43,307 nt of DNA from a virus. The notes below the pieces were generated by a model. The model saw nothing but the letters and a program-made list of their open reading frames with translations. It searched no databases and had not been told where the DNA came from. Position numbers and translations under genes: made by a program. Below are positions 7,967-16,390 of the stretch, piece after piece. The first letter of the stretch is position 1; each line of letters opens with the position of its first letter. The DNA is taken from positions 1 through 43,307 of IMG/VR virus record IMGVR_UViG_3300045988_156495. The stretch is one strand, 5' to 3'.

Positions 7967-9541
7967 TACGTAGTGGCTGCTTAAAAATTCTATAATTCAG
8001 GCAGTTAAGCTAATATATGCATTATTGCGGTATAATAAATCCATTGGAATTAGCTGTTTTCCTGCATTTTCCTTGCATTTTTTGGGAAGCTACTCGGAGG
8101 TTATCGTATGGTCTATCGTCACAGCCCGCTTCAATTGTCATTTGAATCCTTTGGTGCCGGTTTAAGTACCCCACTTAGCTCTAACAATGAGTGGGTCCAG
8201 TTGGCGGAGGTCATGCCCTGGAAAGCTCTCGATGAGGCATACCAATTGGAGTTCACCAAAAATGCGGGACGTGCGGCAAAACCATTTCGTTTACTCTATG
8301 GGGCAATCCTGATCCAACAACGGATGGGTTTAACTGATCGTGGGGTGGTTGCGGCAATTCGTGATACACCCGCACTTCAATATTTCATCGGGTTGTCCGA
8401 ATACAAAGCGGTTGAGCCGTTCAATTATTCCAGCCTGGCACACTTTCGCAAACGAATTGCCGATATCTCCGAGCTGATTACGAATATCATGAATGATACA
8501 GTACGCGCCAAGATCGAAGCGTTGGTCCCATTCAAAGTGGACACCGTCATCACGGACGCAACCGCAGTGCCAGTCAAAATCAAGTATCCTCAAGACACCG
8601 TCCTCCTCAACCAAGCAAGGCTGAATCTTGAGGCGATGGCGATCGATATGGCACACCAACTTGGTGTGCCAAACCCACGCATGTACAAACGCGAGGCGAA
8701 GCATTGTTGGACCTCATTTTCACGACATCCAAAGCAACAGCGTGGTGGCTTTCATAAACAGGTCAAGGCCCAACTTCAATATGTGCGCCGTGATTTGCGG
8801 TACATCAACGAATTCATCGATCAGGGTGCGACTCTACCAGATGAACAAGCGATTCGCTTAGGCGTGATTCGAATTCTATTTGACCAGCAATGGTACATGT
8901 ATACCCACAAGACTCACCACGTTGAAGACCGAATTGTTAGTCTCCAACAGCCGTACATTCGCCCAATTCAACGTGGTAAGGCCAATGCTAAAGTTGAATT
9001 TGGGGCGAAGATTGACTGTTCGTTAAGTGAAGGCGTAGTCGACATTGAACGTTTTGATTTCACCGCATTCTCTGAGGGCCAAGACTTCGCGGAAACTTTA
9101 GACCACTATTACGACCTTCATGGACATTATCCGGATGAAGTACTGGCCGATACGCTGTACCGTAATCGGGAGAACCTAAAGCTGTGTAAGGATTTGGGTA
9201 TCCGAATCTGCGGTCCGAAGCTTGGCCGGCATCCAAAACACGTTGATGCAGCGAAACGGCGTGAGGATACTGATGCCGAGAATCGAAGAGGTACCATTGA
9301 ACGCCGGTTTGCTTTTATGAAGGGCACGCTGGGGCTTGGCTTGGTGAACACTCGGACAGCTGAATCACTGGCCGTCAAGATTGACGCGGCCATCGTCTTG
9401 AGCAATGTGCTGACCCTGTTAAGGGTATTTGCTATACCAATTTTAATTTTGGCTAAATTCGAGGGTGAGGCCTATCAAATTCGCTATAAATTTACTACAA
9501 GGGTCGAAGATATGGTGGCCTAGTTCAACAGCCACTACGTA
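7967..9541 (+). mobile_element. IS5/IS1182-like insertion sequence (core boundaries; may extend to about 7893..9615)
   Basis: 13-bp perfect terminal inverted repeat: TACGTAGTGGCTG at 7967..7979 and its reverse complement at 9529..9541. It encloses a single DDE transposase ORF. The sequence about 75 nt outside each IR is also weakly inverted-similar. Confidence 0.7.
8108..9523 (+). CDS. DDE transposase, IS5/IS1182 family (InsH-type N-terminal domain)
   Basis: 471 aa. The N-terminus FRLLYGAILIQQRMGLTDRGVVAAIRDTPALQYFIGL matches the DUF772/InsH N-terminal transposase domain. GGAGG RBS. Confidence 0.8.
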   Translation: MVYRHSPLQLSFESFGAGLSTPLSSNNEWVQLAEVMPWKALDEAYQLEFTKNAGRAAKPFRLLYGAILIQQRMGLTDRGVVAAIRDTPALQYFIGLSEYKAVEPFNYSSLAHFRKRIADISELITNIMNDTVRAKIEALVPFKVDTVITDATAVPVKIKYPQDTVLLNQARLNLEAMAIDMAHQLGVPNPRMYKREAKHCWTSFSRHPKQQRGGFHKQVKAQLQYVRRDLRYINEFIDQGATLPDEQAIRLGVIRILFDQQWYMYTHKTHHVEDRIVSLQQPYIRPIQRGKANAKVEFGAKIDCSLSEGVVDIERFDFTAFSEGQDFAETLDHYYDLHGHYPDEVLADTLYRNRENLKLCKDLGIRICGPKLGRHPKHVDAAKRREDTDAENRRGTIERRFAFMKGTLGLGLVNTRTAESLAVKIDAAIVLSNVLTLLRVFAIPILILAKFEGEAYQIRYKFTTRVEDMVA

Positions 9542-9581
9542 TCTTATTTTACAACATTATGCCTGTGCTTCAAAGCAACAA

Positions 9582-9615
9582 AAGCCTCCCGCCATTGCTG
9601 GTAGGAGGCTTTTTT
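9582..9615. terminator. Bidirectional stem-loop terminator at the end of the lysis module
   Basis: AAGCCTCC (9582..9589) pairs with GGAGGCTT (9604..9611). It is followed by TTTTTG on the plus strand and TTTGTTG on the minus strand. Confidence 0.65.
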
Positions 9616-9628
9616 GTTACCTGATATA

Positions 9629-9859
9629 TCAGTATTCTTCTCCGTCCCAGCCACGTAGACCAGGAGGACCGCAAACGGCTGATTTATGCTCCAAGGCCAT
9701 TGTCACAGACTGAACGGAGGCAACAGCATTTATAAGTTCATCAGTTGAATGCTTGTCTGAAGCGGAATCCAGCAACTCTGAAACGGCTCTCATTAAGTCA
9801 CGTCTCACATAACTTTGCTCAATAACTCGTGCTTGATCAATTTTTTTAGACATATGCAC
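9629..9859 (-). CDS. Hypothetical protein downstream of the endolysin (moron position next to attP)
   Basis: 76-aa ORF. The more likely start is the ATG at 9853, 6 nt after AAGGTGA. No recognisable domain. Confidence 0.45.
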   Translation of the reverse strand: MHMSKKIDQARVIEQSYVRRDLMRAVSELLDSASDKHSTDELINAVASVQSVTMALEHKSAVCGPPGLRGWDGEEY

Positions 9860-9897
9860 TCACCTTATTTAAATTTTTTGGTTTCAACGGCAACCCA

Positions 9898-11070
9898 TTA
9901 CTTGATGTCCAGGCTTTCACCTGGGTAAATCAAACTGTAGATTGACTTGCCATTGTTAGCCGCCAGTGTGTACATGCTGATTCCGTACTTATAGGCAATA
10001 CTCCAGAAGCTATCACCATAGCGGACTGTGTAGTACGTGTGCGAATAGGTTTGCGCATTTGAACTGCGCGAACCATAGCTCTCACCACCATTTACGCCTA
10101 GCGCAACGTAATGATACCGACCGGAGTAGCTGAGATAACGTGCCCAGACGTATGAACCGCGAATATACACATGATCATACACAAGGCTCTCACCCGGCAC
10201 ATAGCTCCCAACTGCTGCGTATCCTGTACCAGCACCAGTGCGGATGTTAACAGTCGCGGACAGTTTGAAAACGCCAGTTTGCGCATAGTCGGTATCGCTG
10301 ACCACATTTGATTCTGCTGGTTGGCTTGGCACCGGTGTTACAGGTGCTGTACTACCGTTGGCTGCCGCATACTTGTCCCAAGTATTACGGTCACCATAAA
10401 AGACTGATAAATCTAGATTTTGGCCCCATCCGCTAAGATATCCCATTGAAGAATACTGAAAGGCGGTCATAGAAGGCCATTGTTTAATTGAGCCGAACAA
10501 GTCTCGTGGCTGATAGCCATAAACTGGATTATAGCTGTTGTACTGTGCGATCCAAATACCGTAGTTAGCAATCACGTCAGCAGGCCAAGAAAGTCCATTT
10601 TCAGCACTGAGTGACATGTAAATCCATGGCCTTACACCCGTTTGCTGGTAAACGTAATCTAACCAGCGTTTAGCATTCGCAACGCCGTTGGCATTTTGCA
10701 CTTTGCTGTAGTTCGTATCTTCAAAATCAAGAACCAACACGGCTTTGCCGATATAAGGACGTACCTGTTTTACAAAAGCTTCAGCTTGTGGGATTGGATC
10801 GCCTGCATTTAAAAAGTGGTAAATTCCAAGTTTCTTACCGCTAGACAATGCTTGCTGCGCATTTGTTTGAAATTGTGGATTAACGTAGCCAGTACCCTCT
10901 GTGGCCTTAACGATAGCAAAATCTGCAGGTACACGACTGACGTCAATACCGTAGTTGTTGCTTGACACGTCAATGCCATTCAATGCCGCATTGACCTGTG
11001 ACGGCAGGGCAAAAGAAATAGCCGCCAAGAAGGCGACTACCAGGGTGATAAGTTTATTTTTTACTTTCAT
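9898..11070 (-). CDS. Endolysin: signal peptide + GH25 muramidase + SH3b + LysM
   Basis: Start MKVKNKLITLVVAFLAAISFALPSQVNA-A (signal-peptide-like) preceded by AAGGAGG. GH25-like NGIDVSSNNYGIDVS...AIVKATEGTGYVNP...LGIYHF. SH3b-like TVNIRTGAGTGYAAVGSYVPGESL. C-terminal LysM YTVRYGDSFWSIAYKYGISMYTLAANNG. Confidence 0.85.
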   Translation of the reverse strand: MKVKNKLITLVVAFLAAISFALPSQVNAALNGIDVSSNNYGIDVSRVPADFAIVKATEGTGYVNPQFQTNAQQALSSGKKLGIYHFLNAGDPIPQAEAFVKQVRPYIGKAVLVLDFEDTNYSKVQNANGVANAKRWLDYVYQQTGVRPWIYMSLSAENGLSWPADVIANYGIWIAQYNSYNPVYGYQPRDLFGSIKQWPSMTAFQYSSMGYLSGWGQNLDLSVFYGDRNTWDKYAAANGSTAPVTPVPSQPAESNVVSDTDYAQTGVFKLSATVNIRTGAGTGYAAVGSYVPGESLVYDHVYIRGSYVWARYLSYSGRYHYVALGVNGGESYGSRSSNAQTYSHTYYTVRYGDSFWSIAYKYGISMYTLAANNGKSIYSLIYPGESLDIK

Positions 11071-11225
11071 GATGTCCTCCTTATTGTGATAAAACGCGAC
11101 AAATGTTGGACGATAATTTAGCTTCAGCAACTAATTCCATAGTTTTTAAAAATATCTTTTCATTGTCTTATTTTTCTATACAATGGTATTGATGAAATGA
11201 GTGTATTGAAAACAAGTGAGAGGTA

Positions 11226-11816
11226 ATGAAGTTGAATTTTTTTAAAGATATTTTCCAGATTTTTTTAGACTTTTGGCGGTTTATTTTAGAGCACATGCCA
11301 TTAATTGTCGCGTTTTTTTCAGTGTGGAACGTAATTACAAATACAAAACAAATCCATAATCTCAATAAACAAAATCAAGTCGCGAATACCAGAAAACAGG
11401 CCAGCAAAATCGCTGCATGGATTGAATCATATCCTAATCCAACAACTTCCGAGTCGTTTATTGCAAGAATTTGTCTTTCAAATGCTAGCGATACTCCTGT
11501 ATATAATCTGTTTGTCATTTCAGTATTGAATACCGAATCGATGCAAGAACTGCCAAAAGTTTACCAGTTGGCGGTCAGCAGAGGAAACATAGCACATGTC
11601 GAACTCCTCCCACCAAATAAACACTCAATTACGATGAATGTGCCAATGAACGGAATGGGAAACAAACACGCCGTAATACTGCTCTGCTTTACGGACTCGA
11701 ATGAAAGTCAATGGATTCGTACCCCAAATGGCACATTGATGAATTCAAAGTATATCACTCCAATCGCTCATGCAGGATTTACTCTGCCTTATACAGACAC
11801 GCCCATAGAGAAATAA
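11226..11816 (+). CDS. Hypothetical membrane-anchored protein, on the opposite strand, inserted between holin and endolysin
   Basis: 196-aa ORF in a visibly AT-rich segment. N-terminal hydrophobic span (MPLIVAFFSVWNVI). Convergent with, and overlapping, the 11779..11988 ORF. No recognisable domain. Confidence 0.55.
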   Translation: MKLNFFKDIFQIFLDFWRFILEHMPLIVAFFSVWNVITNTKQIHNLNKQNQVANTRKQASKIAAWIESYPNPTTSESFIARICLSNASDTPVYNLFVISVLNTESMQELPKVYQLAVSRGNIAHVELLPPNKHSITMNVPMNGMGNKHAVILLCFTDSNESQWIRTPNGTLMNSKYITPIAHAGFTLPYTDTPIEK

Positions 11817-11988
11817 CCGTGAAAAATAAACAGCATATCAAAAGTGCTCGTATGATCATTACTAAAACATTTTGTATTCCTGTAGAAACTTCCATCATTC
11901 CAATCGTGGCATAAAGTGCAAAACCAATAAGCGCAAAAACAGGCAAAATGAATATAAGCAAAATGATATCCACCTTAAAATTACCCAT
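11779..11988 (-). CDS. Small multi-TM protein co-transcribed with the holin (possible second holin or antiholin)
   Basis: 69 aa and highly hydrophobic. GGAG RBS 8 nt upstream, placed directly after the holin stop codon. Confidence 0.55.
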   Translation of the reverse strand: MGNFKVDIILLIFILPVFALIGFALYATIGMMEVSTGIQNVLVMIIRALLICCLFFTVISLWACLYKAE

Positions 11989-12000
11989 TCTATTTACTCC

Positions 12001-12447
12001 TTATTGCTGTGGAGCAACAGATTCCGGTGCCAGCTGAGCCTTAGCTGCATCTGCGGCTGCTTGAGCTGCGGCAGCTACTTTGTCTTGATTAGACGCTTCC
12101 TGATCAACTGTCTTTTGTGGATAGGTTTCTGCTAGGCTGTCTTTCAAGTCCGCAAAAGCTTTCTCAACCGCGTTGGCAATTGTCTGCTCGTCTGTGCTGG
12201 TGAAACCAAGCGACTTCAAACCATCTTTAACTGCTTGAATGGCAGTAGATTTCTTAACCGCACCGTCAATCGCCTGTGTCACACCGAGCTGTTCTGCTGC
12301 TGTTACCGCAGCGTTTGCTAATGGGCCTAATACCTTTACCAAGGTGAGTGCCTGTTTGTTAGCCAGCAATTGTTTTGAGATCCAAGCCCCAATGATCGGG
12401 ATTGCTGCTACTGCAAGTGATACTACAAGATTTGTCCAATTATTCAT
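12001..12447 (-). CDS. Holin (LL-H-like)
   Basis: MNNWTNLVVSLAVAAIPIIGAWISKQLL is an N-terminal TM segment, followed by a long Ala-rich hydrophilic tail. Located in the lysis cassette. RBS GAAAGGAAAA before the ATG at 12447. Confidence 0.6.
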   Translation of the reverse strand: MNNWTNLVVSLAVAAIPIIGAWISKQLLANKQALTLVKVLGPLANAAVTAAEQLGVTQAIDGAVKKSTAIQAVKDGLKSLGFTSTDEQTIANAVEKAFADLKDSLAETYPQKTVDQEASNQDKVAAAAQAAADAAKAQLAPESVAPQQ

Positions 12448-12658
12448 GATTGTTTTCCTTTCTGAGACGCTCATTCTCACGCCTCAATCGATCATTATCT
12501 GCGCGTAATCTGTCGTTCATGTCCTCAAGTTCATCATGCCTGTTCTTCCGTTTACCCTCGCGGTAGGTCATGAAGGCAATAACGGCCGATGCTATACCGG
12601 CAAGATATGGGGCAAAATCAACAATTGCTTTGGTTATCGCTGCTGTCACGGCTGTCAC
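12440..12658 (-). CDS. Small TM + coiled-coil protein of the lysis region
   Basis: 72 aa with an N-terminal hydrophobic segment and then a charged DRLRRENERLRKEN helix. Overlaps its neighbours in operon fashion. Confidence 0.5.
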   Translation of the reverse strand: MTAVTAAITKAIVDFAPYLAGIASAVIAFMTYREGKRKNRHDELEDMNDRLRADNDRLRRENERLRKENNHE

Positions 12659-13025
12659 TCCTTCGTGCCAGAATCAGCACGAAGGCTGTTATGATCGCAT
12701 TGCTGATCCAATTCGAGTAGATTCCAGTTGAGATTGAGGTCAGGAATTGCAGTATTGTCAAGAACGACATTAAAAAGCTGGTAGTCGTAAGCAACAGACG
12801 ATTGGTTATTGCCAACTGTGTTTCCCATAGCACCCAACCCCCAATTCCGAGCCCATCAATGACAAACAAAAACCCCACAATGTCATCGTTTAACCAGTCG
12901 GAGTAATGTGGGGGCCAGATGAAATAATGGTCATTGATGATTAGAAACAAGCCAATGGCAACCATGCCAATGGCTAGTGCTGTGTGTGTCGGGTTATCTC
13001 TGATCTTATTTAGCATTGTCATCAC
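12618..13025 (-). CDS. Four-TM membrane protein
   Basis: 135 aa with four hydrophobic spans. Tightly packed upstream of the holin region. Confidence 0.5.
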   Translation of the reverse strand: MMTMLNKIRDNPTHTALAIGMVAIGLFLIINDHYFIWPPHYSDWLNDDIVGFLFVIDGLGIGGWVLWETQLAITNRLLLTTTSFLMSFLTILQFLTSISTGIYSNWISNAIITAFVLILARRSDSRDSSDNQSNC

Positions 13026-13170
13026 TTCCTTCCATAAAAATAGCCGCTAGCTTTTGCTGGCGACATAGTCACTGCCTGTGATTTGCTTGTATTCGTCTGG
13101 GGTGATCATTACCGGTACATAAGGTGTTAAATCAATTCCCCAACTGTAAAATATTGCACACTGATCATAA

Positions 13171-13461
13171 TTAGTCACTTGATTTCACCGCCTTCATATG
13201 CGCTACTTCAAGAGCAAGCGCGGCAATCATCTGCTGTTCAGGTGACGGTCCGGGGAGTGGATGATCATTCGCCGGATCGTAACCCTCATCGGCAACGATT
13301 TTGCCGTCTACAAGAGATGCGTGACCCTCAAAAAAATGAGACACGTCATCTGCCTCTATGATTTGTTGACCGTCCTCTGTTGGGCCCACTGTGGCATCTT
13401 CCGCTTGATAGGCCCAGTTGGTCAGGCGGTTTTGCTCATCTAGCCAAATCTTAATCTTCAT
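13171..13461 (-). CDS. Hypothetical protein following the tail fibre gene
   Basis: 96-aa ORF whose start abuts the stop of the 13463..16390 gene. This is the typical position of small fibre-associated proteins. Confidence 0.5.
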   Translation of the reverse strand: MKIKIWLDEQNRLTNWAYQAEDATVGPTEDGQQIIEADDVSHFFEGHASLVDGKIVADEGYDPANDHPLPGPSPEQQMIAALALEVAHMKAVKSSD

Positions 13462-13462
13462 C

Positions 13463-16390
13463 TTAATTCACCACCGCATCATTGGTCGGATACGCATCAT
13501 GAGTAATAAAGCTCAAGCTGCCAGCATACCCGCCTTGTCCACGCCATGGAATAATGTAAATTCCACCAGCTGAAACATATAATTCACAGGCTGCGCCCGT
13601 ATACGACATGCTACCGAGCAACCTTGCTGCATCATCACTGTTAAATGGGCTATACCCCGGTCTAATGTCCGCAATCTTAACCCATCCATTGCCAGTCTTC
13701 ATTTGGAAAGCAATCCCAATGGTGACATTTGGGCCTTTTCTTGAATATGAGATATTTAAGTTCTTGACATCATTAGTTTCCAGCCCCGAGTCTTTGTGAT
13801 AGTAATCAACTGCATCATGAGCATTAAAAGTGGAAGTGATGTATTTGGCAGAATTACCCAATCCGCTGACTAGGTCTGTCAGTTCAAGAACACCCATCGA
13901 AATTCTGCTGGTGTGCATTTGTGTTGTTCCATCTGTCTGCGTAATGTATGACAGTAATCCATCGGGATTTACTTCCGTATGATAGATTTGGCCGTTTGGC
14001 TTGCCATTAGTGTCCTCAATATTACCGGAAATGACATATGAGGCACCATTGAGCGTTAAGGAACCACTGGACAATATCCCGGATCCTGCAATGCTCACGT
14101 GTTGGAAAGGAACGTTGATATTAGGCGAATTAATCTCAGCGGAATTAAGAATAATTGAGTTGAGTTCTTTAATGTACAAAACAGCTTGAGCAATCGCATC
14201 ATCTACCCACTTGGAACCGTCATAGCGCTGTACAGCCGTTGCGTCTTTTAAGCTTGTCCCGTGCCACCAGGTATCGCCCTTTTTGGGATTTGCTGGGGCA
14301 TCTAGCTGTACATAAGGAAACGGCACATCCTTGCTTCCAGGAGTACCCTGAACGCCTTGAGGGCCCTGCGGTCCTTGTGGACCAGTGTCACCCTTTGGCC
14401 CCTGCACTAGTTGCCAAGAATAAACATCCGGGTTAGTGCTGTCGGCCTGTGTGAAGTCTGTGTAACTACCGATGTATTTTCTAGAACCCGGAGTATCGAG
14501 CGAAAAGTTCGTTTTACCGTCACTGCTGTCAGCATATGCAATATGGAAGTACGATGTCTTGCCATCGGCACCTGCTTTACCCGGCACCCCATCTTTACCA
14601 TCCGCACCATCTGCGCCCTTAATGAGCGACCAGTGATAGTCGCTTGGATTCGTGCTGTCGCCAGATGAAAAGTCGCTGTAGAAACCAATGTACTTGCGGT
14701 TAGAAGCGGTAGTTGAGAAGTCGGTATTGCCGTCTTGGCTGTTTGCATAAGCAAAGTGAGCATAGGCAGTACGACCATCAGCACCCGGTTTCCCTGGCAA
14801 TCCTTCATCGCCCTTTGGCCCCACGTCACCATCTTCACCTTTGAAAAGCGCCCAGCTGTAATCAGCCGGATTAGTGCTGTCGGCCTGTGTGAAGTCGCTG
14901 TACGTGCCAATATACTTTTTGCCATCGCCACCGGATACCGTGAACCCACTTTGGCCACTTACATCATCTGCCCAAGCAGTGTGAAAATAGCTTGTACGGC
15001 CATCCGCACCCTTGGCACCAGGAACACCATCAGCGCCATCGGCGCCCTGAATCAGTGCCCATTTACCAGCGTAATCGTCCGGATTGTCGCTTGGGACGGA
15101 TGTCTTATTTGACCAAACGATTGCCATATACTTCTTACCAGTTGGGAAGGCACTCATATTGGTGCCTTTATCGTCATCGGCATAACGGAGCCAAGGATAG
15201 TATTGAACGGTTTTTGAGATATTCGACATCTGGTTGGCAAGCTCGCTGAGCCGTTCGTCAAAGCTAACGGTCTCGTGCGCAAACTCGCCCAAAGTAAGCT
15301 TGACTGAATGGTTAGCACGGCTCCGCTGAATGCTCAATACCTTGGCAGATAGGAATAGCTGTTGATTCTCATCGGCGATGTGGACGGTTTGATTCAGTGG
15401 TACGTATGGTGAGTTAACCAAATCAATATCATAGGTTTCATTCGGATGGTTATACTTTTTCAAGTCTGCCAAAGCTGCTTGCAAAAGTGCCGCCTGCGAT
15501 TTTGAATCAAACGTTTTAACCCTATTCCAGTCAGACTGTGTTGGGTTAGGGTTGCTGTTGCTTAACAAACGTGAATATTTCTGCACAGCAATGGTGTCAT
15601 GCAAAAATCCGTACTGATCAAGCACAAACTGTCCCGTTGGATCAGTCCACTTGTAGCCGATCAAGTTAATTGGATCCTGATTAGTTGATCCATCCGTACT
15701 TTCTGGAACCGCTCCATAAGCCTTGATCGATGTTTCCATGTCATAGGTATCGAGGTGCGTGACGATATTGTTGATGTCCTTATTCATTTCAAAGGAAATC
15801 AAGCTGTCACCGGCCGTTTCATGTCGAATGTTAATGACATGCTTAACCAAATTCGTTCCAACAAACTCAAATCCAAAACTAAGCACTGCATCAAAATCTT
15901 TTGCCACAGCAATAATGCGAGCCAACGATGATTCTTCACTAGTCCACTCAAGTGTTCGAACATTCTTAGGAAATTCATTAACGCCAATCTCCCAGCCAGA
16001 ATCATTTGTAAACCTCGTGATGTAGTCAGCGATGGTATATGGTTTGTCGGCCTTGTACGCGCCAACGGTTTCGTTAATCAAATCATTACCGGCATCACTA
16101 GCAACAATTGAGTGGATATGTCCTAGTGAATCATGGTCAACCGATTCAATTACCATTTGGTGAGCGTTGCCTTCTTCATCTTGATACATGATGAAGTTGG
16201 TTGCTTTAGCCATCTCATTGACTGCTTGTTCCTGATCATTCGTGAAGTGAATATCAAGAGAAAGCTCGACAGCAGGACGATTGTCAACACTTTGCGTTTC
16301 TATATCGTTGTCAATTCGCCATTCGCCTTTGCCATCAGTCGACCCAACACCCAAAATGTTTGATTTTCGATCTGCAAAGTAATACTCCAT
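13463..16390 (-). CDS. Tail-associated protein / receptor-binding fibre (Tal-type N-terminus, collagen-like repeats)
   Basis: 975 aa. The N-terminus MEYYFADRKSNILGVGSTDG... resembles the prophage tail endopeptidase / minor structural protein N-terminal region. Carries G-x-y runs (GPKGDTGPQGPQGPQGVQGTPG). Lies directly after Dit. Confidence 0.75.
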   Translation of the reverse strand: MEYYFADRKSNILGVGSTDGKGEWRIDNDIETQSVDNRPAVELSLDIHFTNDQEQAVNEMAKATNFIMYQDEEGNAHQMVIESVDHDSLGHIHSIVASDAGNDLINETVGAYKADKPYTIADYITRFTNDSGWEIGVNEFPKNVRTLEWTSEESSLARIIAVAKDFDAVLSFGFEFVGTNLVKHVINIRHETAGDSLISFEMNKDINNIVTHLDTYDMETSIKAYGAVPESTDGSTNQDPINLIGYKWTDPTGQFVLDQYGFLHDTIAVQKYSRLLSNSNPNPTQSDWNRVKTFDSKSQAALLQAALADLKKYNHPNETYDIDLVNSPYVPLNQTVHIADENQQLFLSAKVLSIQRSRANHSVKLTLGEFAHETVSFDERLSELANQMSNISKTVQYYPWLRYADDDKGTNMSAFPTGKKYMAIVWSNKTSVPSDNPDDYAGKWALIQGADGADGVPGAKGADGRTSYFHTAWADDVSGQSGFTVSGGDGKKYIGTYSDFTQADSTNPADYSWALFKGEDGDVGPKGDEGLPGKPGADGRTAYAHFAYANSQDGNTDFSTTASNRKYIGFYSDFSSGDSTNPSDYHWSLIKGADGADGKDGVPGKAGADGKTSYFHIAYADSSDGKTNFSLDTPGSRKYIGSYTDFTQADSTNPDVYSWQLVQGPKGDTGPQGPQGPQGVQGTPGSKDVPFPYVQLDAPANPKKGDTWWHGTSLKDATAVQRYDGSKWVDDAIAQAVLYIKELNSIILNSAEINSPNINVPFQHVSIAGSGILSSGSLTLNGASYVISGNIEDTNGKPNGQIYHTEVNPDGLLSYITQTDGTTQMHTSRISMGVLELTDLVSGLGNSAKYITSTFNAHDAVDYYHKDSGLETNDVKNLNISYSRKGPNVTIGIAFQMKTGNGWVKIADIRPGYSPFNSDDAARLLGSMSYTGAACELYVSAGGIYIIPWRGQGGYAGSLSFITHDAYPTNDAVVN
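14336..15047 (-). repeat. Three tandem units of about 70 aa (collagen-like Gxy stretch + beta-rich module) inside the fibre gene
   Basis: Units GADGADGVPGAKGADGRTSYFHTAWADD...YIGTYSDFTQADSTNPADYSW, GPKGDEGLPGKPGADGRTAYAHFAYAN...YIGFYSDFSSGDSTNPSDYHW and GKDGVPGKAGADGKTSYFHIAYAD...YIGSYTDFTQADSTNPDVYSW. Confidence 0.85.

Noticed and set aside
14407-15249. Alternative-frame and antisense ORFs (14407..14958 minus, 14735..15112 plus, and others)
   Set aside because: They fall inside the collagen-like repeat region of the fibre gene. The repetitive GC-rich triplets keep several frames open, and there is no independent support for these ORFs.
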